Source: Candidatus Nomurabacteria bacterium (lineage in GTDB: Bacteria > Patescibacteriota > Minisyncoccia > Phycocordibacterales > UBA9973). From it: a DNA stretch of 63,252 nucleotides. The stretch lies in assembly GCA_037139835.1 (NCBI GenBank), contig JBAXFQ010000003.1, positions 1 through 63,252 of the forward strand, read 5' to 3'. Under the pieces are notes generated by a model. It was given only the letters and a program-made list of their open reading frames with translations, was not told where the DNA came from and did no database searches. A program made the position numbers and the translations under genes. This document shows positions 1 to 9,475 of the stretch, piece after piece; position 1 is the first letter of the stretch; every line of letters begins with the position of its first letter.

Positions 1-3000
1 TGTTGGTGTCGTCGTATCAACCTCAGGAGTAGTAGTTGCCGAAGACTGCGAAGTCGTAGTTGTCGTAGGCGATGCAGCCGGAGATACTGAGTCAGAAGAC
101 GAAGTGCTGATCGTAGTTCCAATTGAAGTTCCTCCTGTGAGAGAATTTATTATTGTATCAAGAATTCCCGAACCTGAACCCCCTGCACTTGCTGTCTGTG
201 TCGTAGGCGATGTAGCCGGAGACACTGAGTCAGTAGACGAAGTGTTGATAGTTGTTGCCGTAGTCTGAGAAGACGAAGGTACTGAACCAACAGGTGAAGT
301 ATTAGTTTGCTGTACTAGATTTGTCGGAGTAGAAGTAGGATCAATTACCAATCCTGTTATCACACTTTCAAATATTTTTGGATTCTTGACTGCAAGTGCA
401 ACCCATGAGAAGCGAACATCTTGAGGAGCAACTTTATTCAAAACTATAGTGAATCCTTTTTCATCTTTATCAGCAACTACAGACTTGATATCATTATCGA
501 AGAATGTCTTCGCATCAAATACAGCTGTCGTTCCATCTGCATTTTTTACTTTTTCGAATGATACTGTTGTATTCACTATCGGTGTAGCGATGTATGCATT
601 ATCGAAAGTCACATCAACTTTATTGGCACCTGCTTTCACTATTGCAAATCCAGCTGTATCACTATTGAACAGTGGAGGTACTGCAAACTCTGCTACATCT
701 TCAAACTTTACAGACTTAGCAAAGTCTACATTTGCATTGAAGAATGTGAGACCATTAAACGTCGACTCCCCTGCGAACTGGTGAGCGGATTCACTTTCAT
801 AATATCCTTGCTCTACGAATACCATCACCATATTCTGCCCTGAAGATGGAGTCCAATCTTCGAGGGCTTTACCTATTACAAATCCTGACCTTAGTGCTCT
901 TGTAGCCATACCTGGATCTATCTGTGAAGTTGTTAGATAATCCCCCGCTTTGATAGGAGAAGATGTTTGGGATATCTTTACAGGAACACGTCCGTTAAGA
1001 GCGACAGGCATAGGATTGTCAGTGTCTTTTATATTGTAACCAGTAGATGAGAAATCATTCTTGTTGTTTGATACGATACCTACGACATTTTGCTGATAAC
1101 CGTCTGTAGATTTTACCAATTTAGTTACATTTCCTTTTACTTTATTCCAATCTATATTGCCATCAGTACCTATATCATAAGTAGTTATTTTTTCTGTACC
1201 TGTAGCCACTATATCTCCGTATTCTAATCCACTTGTGACTGGGTACATTTCGGCATAGTCAGCAGCAGGTGCTCCACTACAATCACGAAGTTCATAAGCA
1301 GTTCCAGCTGTAGGTGCTGTACCGTTGGCTAGACTCGAACAGACAGCAGTAGTTGAAGCTGTTCCTGAAAGTCCTAGACTAGTGATTCCGGCATTGGTGA
1401 CCTTAAAGAGTGAGACATTGTTCTTCTGTAAGTCTATGAAGTTACCAGTGAAAGATCCAGATCCTGTGGCAAACTTCATGAGCAAACCTGTGCCTGTAAA
1501 TGTAGAAGTGCTATGGAAGAAGTTTGCGTAAGAAGTAGCAGAAGTTACAGATGTGGAATAAAGTCTCAATATATCTCCTTGTGTCGTTCCTGTACTTTCA
1601 CCATACAGAGCGGCAGGTACTGACACTCCTCCACCGAGACCTGAGATAACACCTTGAACTCCGAATGTTGCCCCAGAGGCACGGAGACCTGTATTTGTTC
1701 CTGCTGTATTACTTCCTCCATTTGCTGTGATATCAAGACCACGAACTGTGTTTGATAAAGATGTATTATCAACTACACGTACTAATTGTGCTACTGCAGT
1801 ATTGGCATTTGTCGTCGGACTATTTGTTACCACATAACGATCCCCCACTTGAGTACCACCGGCAGTTGGATTGAAAGTATATCCTCCGAGTATTCCAGCG
1901 ATAGCACTCGATGGTCCGTTCGCTGCAGTAGTACCTGTGACATAAAGTTTTGAAGAAGATGTTCCCTCTGAGGCTGCTCCGATATATACTCTATTATTTG
2001 TCGCATCTCCGACTATCAGATTTGTATCAACGGTTAACCCTGTTGACACATTGACTGAACCCGTAAAGTTCGCTGAACTTGAAATAGTTTGAGAATTAAT
2101 TAAACCTGAAGAAATAGTTCCTATATTTGTAAGATTTCCAGATGCATCAATTCTCACTGTTCCTGCTCCTGCACCTGTAGCTATACTTGTCACAGCATTA
2201 AGTGTTCCAGGTGCACGGAAGTCAGATGGTATAGAAAGTGTAACTGCTCCAGTAGAAGATGAAGCACTTATTTGATTTGCAGTTCCTGATATAGAAGAAA
2301 CTCCACTTGAAGATGTTAAGAATGTAGATGATAGAACCTTTTCAATTACACCAGTAGATGTATTTCTCGTCATGATGTCGTAACCACCAGCAGATGTTGT
2401 AGGTGCGGTAGTGAGGGTTAGAGTACTACCGATATTTGCTGTACCGTTTACGTCGAGTTTGTATGTCGGGTTGGTGGTGCCGATGCCGACGTTGCCATTA
2501 CTATCTATTTTTACTTTATCTACAGAACCTACTTGAAAGTTATAACCCGAACCAGAATTAAAATAATTTAAACCAGATTCTCTATTGTTGAAGTATGCAT
2601 TTCCACTAGTATCCATTGCTAAATCAAGACCATCGGTTCCTAATATTCCGACTGTGGAATTTGTAACCTTCAAATATGAAGTTGCAGCGGTTGCATTTAC
2701 TACTAAGTTTGCACTAGGATTCGTCGTCCCGATGCCGACGTTGCCGTTGCTTAATATTCTTATGCCCTCTTTTAAAATACCGTAATTACCCGCTGATGAT
2801 AATACTAAAGAAGCCTGTCCTGTAGAATTTTCAGTTATCGTAGATATTCTTCCAGTATTATAATATGGAGTCCCCGGTATTCCATTCCAGAAAGCAATAC
2901 CAGAACTATCGCCACTATTAACTCTGGTATTAAATATACTTAATAAATCTTCATTGGCTGAACCGGCTGCATTAGCCACCATCAGTTTCGCCCCCGGTGC

Positions 3001-6000
3001 CGTCGTCCCGATGCCGACGTTGCCGGTGTTGTCGATGCTTAATCGTTCAGTTGCACCGGTAAACACTCCTAATCTCGTTGCAGATGGTGCCTGTATATAA
3101 TAACCTGCGGGACCAAATTGGAACGAGTAACCCTGATTAAGCTTTATTTCTCCGCCGGTTGCAAGAATGTTGCCTGACACTTCAAGCTTTTGACTCGGAC
3201 TCGTCGTCCCGATGCCGACGTTGCCTGCATTTATATAACTGTTCCCAGTGTTTGCAAAAAGACGAACAGTTTTTACATTTGCTGAATTATAAAGGTTTAA
3301 CTCACCGTCCCAGTTATTTGATACTATTTCTCCCCTTGGATAAATACCGGCACCAGTATCAACCCAAAGACCAATGCCATCGGAACTACTATTACCTGCC
3401 GCCTGAACGACTAATTTTTTAGTTGGTCCCGTCGTCCCGATGCCGACGTTGCCGTTTGTTAATTGAACCATTTTTGCCGTAGTTCCACCGCCAGGCGTGA
3501 AATAAATAGGACCAGCAGAAGTATAAAAGTTCAAACCACCAGTACCACCAACACTTGTAAATACTGCTTGTCGTGCCAAAATATCTGTGCCACTTATTGC
3601 CCCAGTAGAACCTGTCATCAAAAACTGTCCCAAATCTCCAGTGTCGTTATTCCAAATAGCATTAGCATATCCACCAGCATTAGTGTTAGTAATTGACAGA
3701 CCCGAAACGCTAGAGTTTGCTTGAGTAGCGTTTGCCGACAATGTTAATTGACTTCCTGGTCCCGTCGTCCCGATGCCGACGTTGCCGTTTATTATTAAAC
3801 CATTTGCCGGAGCCGTTTGCCCTGATGCGTACCCAACACTGGCATTACCTACTACAGAAAGTTTTGTACCCGGCGAAGCATCACCGATGCCGACGTTGCC
3901 GGATGATTTTACAATTAACACTGGGTTCGTTTTATCATAAGCAGCGCTATTGCCTCGATACAAAGCCAATAAATTACCCGTGACAGAAGGACCATAGGTA
4001 AATCCTTGAATTACATCACCGGCGAAGGTGCCATCGTTAGGATAGAATCTACTCACATATCCAGTTCCAACCCCGGAATTAGTTTTAACATCTATTCCAG
4101 AACTTCCAGTTCCACTATTTGCATTATAAAAATAAGCTAATTTATCATTAATATCTCCGGTAACTTCAAGCTTCGCTCCCGGATTCGTCGTCCCGATGCC
4201 GACGTTGCCGTTTATTGCTAATTTCGCCGTCCCTGGGTCTGCATAACCAATTGCAACATTTCCACCTAATGGATTAATAGCAAGATTCCATCCAATTCCA
4301 GAGGTGCGGGATTGGATATAATTTGGATAAGGTGAAACTCCTGAACCACCCATCGAAATTTCCTGACCAGCATTATTAATTAATAGTCCAGAAGCAGCTC
4401 CAGTAACAAGAGATGGATTGTATGTATTACTATTATAAATTTCCAATTTACTTCCCGGTCCCGTCGTCCCGATGCCAATATTTCCATTATTCAATATTGT
4501 TAATCTTTCTGTATTAGAACTTGTTGTACGAAAATGTATAATGGCTGTTCCTTGAGCATCAAAATACATACCACTCTGTGGTGTTCTAAAAACCATATTC
4601 CCTGCATAATCGAGTTGGAACAATCCTGTTCCTCCAATTGTTTGAAATCCAATATTTGAACTTGTAGTCGCTCCTGTTCCAGTTACTTTTAAAATCCCAT
4701 TGTCACCATTAGAAGATGCAGTAGAAAGTTCCAGAGATGCACCCGGATTCGTCGTCCCGATGCCGACGTTGCCGTTTGGTAAAATTCTCATTGCTTCATT
4801 GTTTCCTGTTCCAAAAGCCAAAGGACCGGCGGAGTTTCCGCTGGAAGTTAGTGAGGATAATGTTGGCTCTGATGCTCCTGCCAAGTTAAATGCATTTTTT
4901 ATAAATAAACCTTGTGTAGTAGAACCTCTGAAAGCCGCAACTAATCCTGACGTATCTAACACATCTAATTTCACTGCTGGCGTCGTCGTGCCGATGCCGA
5001 CGTTGCCACCAACTAGAACATTAAATAATTTAGTACTTCCATTACTAACATCAAATATTCCTACTGGTGCAGCTGTTGCTGCTGCATTTGTAATATGAAG
5101 AGAACTAGTTATAAATGCCATTCTGTTTGCTGCCCCTCCAGCAGTTGCTGAGAATGCTACATTATCTGTTGTGGTATTACCAACTTGGAACCATTGAGTA
5201 TCTTGTGCATCTGACCAAGCAGTCGTCGATCTTACACCTCTGAAAACTCTATTTGTGGATTGATATAACATTATATCCCCTCCTGAGTTTCCAAGATTTC
5301 CAGATGAATTAATAAAAGCTTTTGCACTTCCATTCACTTGCCATTGTTGTAGGTCTGCAGTCTGGCCAGTGAATCCATTTGCTACTATAGGAGTTATGCC
5401 TATAGCAGAAGAATTTACTTGCAGTGGATATCCAGGAGTAGTAGTTCCAACACCAAGGTTACCATTTGTATCAATACGCATACGTTCTACAGGAGTAGAT
5501 CCATGAGCTGTTGCAAATCCTAAATATGAATATGTATCAGCTGAATCAATTCCAAAGCGAACTTGAGATCCGTTGTTTGTATTTCCTGAAGCATATTGAA
5601 CTCCGATTGGAACATAACTCCCCGGTACATTTTGTGCACTATAAATTCCTATTCCAGAACCACTTGTTCCGCTTACTGCCAATGTAAGTTTTTGAGTAAT
5701 ACTATTTAAATCTGAAGCAGTAGTATTTATTCCTACGCTTGTTCCATTATCAAATATCTGTGAATCACCAACGGTTGTCCCGGAGCCTGTAAATTTAGCT
5801 ACTTTATTTAGAGTCCCCGAAGGAGTAGCCATATAAGAAACATTCGAAGCAGCAGTAACCAAACCTTTTCCATTTACGGTGACATTATTAAATGTACCTA
5901 CATTCGAATTCACTGTTGCTAATGTTAATGCTCCACTTGCAACTATTCCTGCATCTCCGGTCATTGATACAAATGTAGGAACACCTGATCCATTTGCTAC

Positions 6001-9000
6001 TAGGAGTTGTCCTGTTGTTCCTGCTGCTGTAGCTAGTATAGAAGTAGTACTGTTACCATATAGAACTCCATTAGTTGTGAATGTTCCTACTCCTGTTCCT
6101 CCTCTTGATACAGCTGTGTACTGTTCTGATCCTAGAGTAGTAGCACTATTCCAATATGTATTGTATCCATTTGTTCCTGATAGTGCAGATGCAAATGAAG
6201 ATGATGAAACTTTTTCAATTACTCCTGTTCCTGTATTTCTTGTGACTATGTCGTAACCACCAGCAGAAGTTGTAGGTGCGGTGGTTAGGGTTAGGGTGCT
6301 ACCGATGTTTGCTGTACCGTTTACGTCGAGTTTGTATCCGGGTGAGGTGGTGCCGATGCCAACACTCCCTGTCGTTGTAAAAAAATTACTAGGCTTATTA
6401 TAAATAATACTACCATTATTTAAATTCCAATTATCACGGGCAGGAACTCCTCCTCCATAGACATAAACAGAACTAACTGTCATTGCTTCAAAACCCGGCA
6501 ACGCAGCTGCACCAGCGCTTATTCCAATAGCTTGCAAATAATATTGGTTGCCTTGAGATACTCGATGTTTCAAAGTGAAATACCATCGACTATTAGTTGA
6601 ATCCCAAAATGGACCAGTCATTTGTACTCTATCTGCAGTGTAGCCCTGATCAGCCTGAACTTCCCATTGGGAATCATATAAAGCACCAGCTGGATTCATA
6701 CCACCAGACCAACGAGGACTATATAAGCCAGTACCATTAATATAATTATATGTACCAGTAATATTAAATTGAATAGAACCCCAAAAATAAGTACCTGCGG
6801 GTAATATAATGTCAACTGCTTGTTGAGCTACACCATTCGGAAAATCAACGAATAATACTTTTTCAGAACGAATACTTCCGATACGTGTACCCTGAGTTCT
6901 AATATAACCAGAAGTATTAATATCCCCCGAAACATCCAACTTGTACACCGGAGCAGTCATACCAATTCCGACGTTGCCGTTTGGTAATATTCTCATTGCT
7001 TCTGATGTGTTAGGAGAGAAAATTAAACCTGTAGTTGAATACATATTTAATCCTGAACTTTCAACATTTAAAGCACCGGCTTGTGTTCCATTACCCATAG
7101 TAAGACCAGCTGAAGCTGTATAACCACTACTTCCTACAGAACCTATTTGTAACTTAGCATTAGGAATCGTCGTCCCGATTCCTACGTTTCCGTTTTGTAA
7201 GATTGTCATAGCTGTAGGGTAAGCACCTGCGTTATACATATCGAAATTGATACTGTGGCTGGTCGCCTGTCGCAAACCCCAATAGTTATTCGATCCCGTA
7301 AGCAGGTAGTGTGTTGCAACTGATGCGGACGACGTCAAATCTCCTACCGAGTCATTTTCAGAACCGCCCAATCTGACCGTACCTGCTACATCTAATTTGG
7401 TTCCAGGATTAGTTATACCTATCCCTAGATTGCCAGTAGCTTGCAATGTCATCAATTGATCATTTGAATAAAATCCCCAAGTTAAAGCATTACTTGTTGA
7501 ACCAGAACTTGCATATTTAAACCCCATATATCCAGATTGATTTGTTCCAGTACCTACTCCTAAGAAAGGAGAAATTAAAAGATGTCCCGTTGTTAGATTT
7601 GGGGCTTTAACAAAACTACCCCATACATAAGTACCATCATCTGTAGCAGTTACATCCAACACTGCTGGACCTCCACTTCCTGTACCCCCATTACCTGAAA
7701 TAGTTAAACGAGATCCAGGTGATGTAGCATTAATCCCCACATTACCATTCCCCAATATCGTCATCTTTTCTGTAGGAGTATTGTCAGCTACACCAGTCAC
7801 TCCTGCCGTCGAAGTAAAGAAATGCATTGCTGAAGTTCCTGTACCAGTACTGATTCCTGATTTAAAATTTAAATCCCCTCCTGCAAGATCAGCTGTTCCT
7901 GCTATTGATCCACCAGAAGAAAGTGTGAGACCTTGTCCGGCTGTAGCTGCAGTTGTGTTTCTTTCCATCCAGATAGTATGTGCAGTTGTGCCATCGAAAG
8001 ATAAAGCTTGAGTTGGTGATGATGTTCCGATACCAACTGCTCCACTGCCATTAATTGTCAAAACTCTACCACTTGTGCCGTTATTAAAATAAAATCCTCC
8101 ACCGCTAACATTATTCAACCACATTGGTCCATTTGAAGAATCTATACCTAGTCCCGCATCATTATTCGTTCCTCCATAATCTTGAATTTTTAATCTAAAA
8201 CCATTTTCTCCAGTTGGATCAGAATAAACAGATTTATTTGATAACATAGTTCCGTCAACTTGCAATGAATACCCAGGTACCGTCGTCCCTATTCCCACAT
8301 TCGTTCCATTATCAAAAATCTGAGAATCACCAATAGCTGAACCAGTAGATGTAAATTTCGCTATTTTATTTTGTGTACCTGTCCCTGTGACTGGATTTGT
8401 AAGAGCTGTTTGATATGTAGTTGTATCTACACTCAATGTTCCATCAGCGGAATTTGTTTTCAAGAATCCATTTGTTGTAAATTTTGAAAGCTTGATAGTA
8501 TCTAGTGCCGAGCCAATAAGTATCGTATCTGCAGTTGTATTATTCGTTCCGATATTTATCGTCTTGCCTCCTGTTCCTGTTCCGATATTTATTATACCTG
8601 TCGTTCCAGAGTCGAGAGTGAGAGCTCCTGTTGTGCCTGTTGTAATATTGAGTGCGGAAGCTGCATTTGAATTTATATTTACTACTGCTCCGTTGATAGT
8701 AGTGTTGGCTCCAACTCTACCGAGTGTCAAAGCATTTTGATTAACTGCTCCTATATTTAATGCGACAGCTGAAGGTGCATCAACATTTGGAGTATAGACA
8801 TATCCAGAAATAGTAAGTGCTCCTGTTGAAGGGATAAATGAAAGTTGAGCTGAAGAAGTTTTGATAGCCATTCCTCCAGAGTTAGTCGTAACCCAAGTCG
8901 GATATACAGATGTCGCAGTCGCCGCATCATTCGTAATATTTGAGGTTATAGAAGTTTGAGCAGTTTCAGAAATGACAGCTGCAGGTACTGTTCCCAACTT

Positions 9001-9384
9001 TTTTCTTGGAGTCATTTCTCCATCCCATCCTGGTGTTCCCGTCCCCCCGATATTTACACCCAAGTAAAGTGTCTGGTTGAAGTCTACTCCAGTCAGAGCA
9101 TTTATTTCTCCGAGCATAGCAGAGAAGAGTCCATTTGTGACTTGAACTTTATTTGTTGTTGTTCTCGTCTCTGTCCAAAGAGTAGTTCCTGCTGTTGGTG
9201 CATCGTAAAGTTTGAATTCCATATTGTAAGTTCCGTTCGCTACTGCTACCCCTGCTGAAGTCGTAAGCTTACCTTGATAGTTTATCTGCTTGTTGAAAAG
9301 AGCTTCTGCTTTTCCTACAAGTGGAGAGAAAGGAGCAAGAATCAAAGATAAGAAAATAAATGAAGAAGCCAAGATGTTCGCCAT
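1..9384 (-). CDS. giant secreted repeat surface protein, tail-fibre-like (at least 3,128 aa; C-terminal part continues beyond the left window edge)
   Basis: Not in the ORF track because no stop lies inside the window. ATG = complement of cat 9382-9384. I read plus-strand triplets in register 1 mod 3 over 1-960, 5041-5100 and the start region and found no TTA/CTA/TCA. The only other minus ORF listed here (1566-1772) is in a different frame. The N-terminus MANILASSFIFLSLILAPFSPLVGKAEA looks like a signal peptide. The body carries about 20 copies (by eye) of G-N-[VIL]-G-I-G-T-T-x-P. The visible C-terminal end (1-400) is Thr/Ser-rich. Confidence 0.85.
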   Translation of the reverse strand, partial: MANILASSFIFLSLILAPFSPLVGKAEALFNKQINYQGKLTTSAGVAVANGTYNMEFKLYDAPTAGTTLWTETRTTTNKVQVTNGLFSAMLGEINALTGVDFNQTLYLGVNIGGTGTPGWDGEMTPRKKLGTVPAAVISETAQTSITSNITNDAATATSVYPTWVTTNSGGMAIKTSSAQLSFIPSTGALTISGYVYTPNVDAPSAVALNIGAVNQNALTLGRVGANTTINGAVVNINSNAASALNITTGTTGALTLDSGTTGIINIGTGTGGKTINIGTNNTTADTILIGSALDTIKLSKFTTNGFLKTNSADGTLSVDTTTYQTALTNPVTGTGTQNKIAKFTSTGSAIGDSQIFDNGTNVGIGTTVPGYSLQVDGTMLSNKSVYSDPTGENGFRLKIQDYGGTNNDAGLGIDSSNGPMWLNNVSGGGFYFNNGTSGRVLTINGSGAVGIGTSSPTQALSFDGTTAHTIWMERNTTAATAGQGLTLSSGGSIAGTADLAGGDLNFKSGISTGTGTSAMHFFTSTAGVTGVADNTPTEKMTILGNGNVGINATSPGSRLTISGNGGTGSGGPAVLDVTATDDGTYVWGSFVKAPNLTTGHLLISPFLGVGTGTNQSGYMGFKYASSGSTSNALTWGFYSNDQLMTLQATGNLGIGITNPGTKLDVAGTVRLGGSENDSVGDLTSSASVATHYLLTGSNNYWGLRQATSHSINFDMYNAGAYPTAMTILQNGNVGIGTTIPNAKLQIGSVGSSGYTASAGLTMGNGTQAGALNVESSGLNMYSTTGLIFSPNTSEAMRILPNGNVGIGMTAPVYKLDVSGDINTSGYIRTQGTRIGSIRSEKVLFVDFPNGVAQQAVDIILPAGTYFWGSIQFNITGTYNYINGTGLYSPRWSGGMNPAGALYDSQWEVQADQGYTADRVQMTGPFWDSTNSRWYFTLKHRVSQGNQYYLQAIGISAGAAALPGFEAMTVSSVYVYGGGVPARDNWNLNNGSIIYNKPSNFFTTTGSVGIGTTSPGYKLDVNGTANIGSTLTLTTAPTTSAGGYDIVTRNTGTGVIEKVSSSSFASALSGTNGYNTYWNSATTLGSEQYTAVSRGGTGVGTFTTNGVLYGNSTTSILATAAGTTGQLLVANGSGVPTFVSMTGDAGIVASGALTLATVNSNVGTFNNVTVNGKGLVTAASNVSYMATPSGTLNKVAKFTGSGTTVGDSQIFDNGTSVGINTTASDLNSITQKLTLAVSGTSGSGIGIYSAQNVPGSYVPIGVQYASGNTNNGSQVRFGIDSADTYSYLGFATAHGSTPVERMRIDTNGNLGVGTTTPGYPLQVNSSAIGITPIVANGFTGQTADLQQWQVNGSAKAFINSSGNLGNSGGDIMLYQSTNRVFRGVRSTTAWSDAQDTQWFQVGNTTTDNVAFSATAGGAANRMAFITSSLHITNAAATAAPVGIFDVSNGSTKLFNVLVGGNVGIGTTTPAVKLDVLDTSGLVAAFRGSTTQGLFIKNAFNLAGASEPTLSSLTSSGNSAGPLAFGTGNNEAMRILPNGNVGIGTTNPGASLELSTASSNGDNGILKVTGTGATTSSNIGFQTIGGTGLFQLDYAGNMVFRTPQSGMYFDAQGTAIIHFRTTSSNTERLTILNNGNIGIGTTGPGSKLEIYNSNTYNPSLVTGAASGLLINNAGQEISMGGSGVSPYPNYIQSRTSGIGWNLAINPLGGNVAIGYADPGTAKLAINGNVGIGTTNPGAKLEVTGDINDKLAYFYNANSGTGSSGIDVKTNSGVGTGYVSRFYPNDGTFAGDVIQGFTYGPSVTGNLLALYRGNSAAYDKTNPVLIVKSSGNVGIGDASPGTKLSVVGNASVGYASGQTAPANGLIINGNVGIGTTGPGSQLTLSANATQANSSVSGLSITNTNAGGYANAIWNNDTGDLGQFLMTGSTGAISGTDILARQAVFTSVGGTGGLNFYTSAGPIYFTPGGGTTAKMVQLTNGNVGIGTTGPTKKLVVQAAGNSSSDGIGLWVDTGAGIYPRGEIVSNNWDGELNLYNSANVKTVRLFANTGNSYINAGNVGIGTTSPSQKLEVSGNILATGGEIKLNQGYSFQFGPAGYYIQAPSATRLGVFTGATERLSIDNTGNVGIGTTAPGAKLMVANAAGSANEDLLSIFNTRVNSGDSSGIAFWNGIPGTPYYNTGRISTITENSTGQASLVLSSAGNYGILKEGIRILSNGNVGIGTTNPSANLVVNATAATSYLKVTNSTVGILGTDGLDLAMDTSGNAYFNNRESGLNYFNSGSGYNFQVGSVDKVKIDSNGNVGIGTTNPTYKLDVNGTANIGSTLTLTTAPTTSAGGYDIMTRNTSTGVIEKVLSSTFLTSSSGVSSISGTANQISASSSTGAVTLSIPSDFRAPGTLNAVTSIATGAGAGTVRIDASGNLTNIGTISSGLINSQTISSSANFTGSVNVSTGLTVDTNLIVGDATNNRVYIGAASEGTSSSKLYVTGTTAANGPSSAIAGILGGYTFNPTAGGTQVGDRYVVTNSPTTNANTAVAQLVRVVDNTSLSNTVRGLDITANGGSNTAGTNTGLRASGATFGVQGVISGLGGGVSVPAALYGESTGTTQGDILRLYSTSVTSATSYANFFHSTSTFTGTGLLMKFATGSGSFTGNFIDLQKNNVSLFKVTNAGITSLGLSGTASTTAVCSSLANGTAPTAGTAYELRDCSGAPAADYAEMYPVTSGLEYGDIVATGTEKITTYDIGTDGNIDWNKVKGNVTKLVKSTDGYQQNVVGIVSNNKNDFSSTGYNIKDTDNPMPVALNGRVPVKISQTSSPIKAGDYLTTSQIDPGMATRALRSGFVIGKALEDWTPSSGQNMVMVFVEQGYYESESAHQFAGESTFNGLTFFNANVDFAKSVKFEDVAEFAVPPLFNSDTAGFAIVKAGANKVDVTFDNAYIATPIVNTTVSFEKVKNADGTTAVFDAKTFFDNDIKSVVADKDEKGFTIVLNKVAPQDVRFSWVALAVKNPKIFESVITGLVIDPTSTPTNLVQQTNTSPVGSVPSSSQTTATTINTSSTDSVSPATSPTTQTASAGGSGSGILDTIINSLTGGTSIGTTISTSSSDSVSPAASPTTTTTSQSSATTTPEVDTTTPT
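2341..2490 (-). repeat. internal duplication inside the giant gene, copy 1 (module junction ...KLDVNGTANIGSTLTLTTAPTTSAGGYDI.TRNT.TGVIEK)
   Basis: Aligns with 6214-6363 at an in-frame offset of 3,873 nt. Over the central ~110 nt roughly nine in ten positions are identical by eye. Confidence 0.8.
2482..5007 (-). repeat. array of 10 perfect copies of the GC-rich 15-mer GATGCCGACGTTGCC (plus strand), encoding G-N-V-G-I on the minus strand; 7 copies extend to the 24-mer CGTCGTCCCGATGCCGACGTTGCC
   Basis: Copies start at 2482, 2731, 3010, 3211, 3439, 3772, 3886, 4195, 4759 and 4993. All spacings are multiples of 3 (249, 279, 201, 228, 333, 114, 309, 564, 234). Degenerate copies occur near 4466, 5450, 6355, 6965, 7175, 7420, 7730, 8030 and 8290. 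Confidence 0.9.
6214..6363 (-). repeat. internal duplication inside the giant gene, copy 2
   Basis: See copy 1 (2341-2490). The shared string is atgtcgtaaccaccagcaga...gctgtaccgtttacgtcgagtttgtat. Confidence 0.8.
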
Positions 9385-9475
9385 CTCTTTGGTCTTTCTA
9401 TTTATTTTTATAAATTTTATTTTCATTTTTTCTTTCTTCTTTCTTCTTTCTTACCTAATCACTAACTACTATTCA

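Noticed and set aside
2482-5007. The repeated 24-mer with variable intervening sequence superficially resembles a CRISPR array.
   Set aside because: The intervening sequences (about 90-540 nt) are far longer and far more variable in length than CRISPR spacers. All spacings are multiples of 3. The repeats lie in one open reading frame and encode a conserved peptide motif. There are no cas genes.
2341-6363. Diversity-generating retroelement (template/variable repeat pair) as an explanation for the internal 150-nt duplication.
   Set aside because: The mismatches between the copies are not restricted to adenine positions. No reverse transcriptase or accessory gene is present in the window.
449-9258. 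Plus-strand ORFs of 60-132 aa listed inside 1-9384 (for example 449-784, 4700-5098, 5879-6256, 8956-9258).
   Set aside because: They lie antisense to a continuously open 3,128-codon minus-strand frame and have low-complexity, repeat-mirroring translations. They are shadow ORFs.
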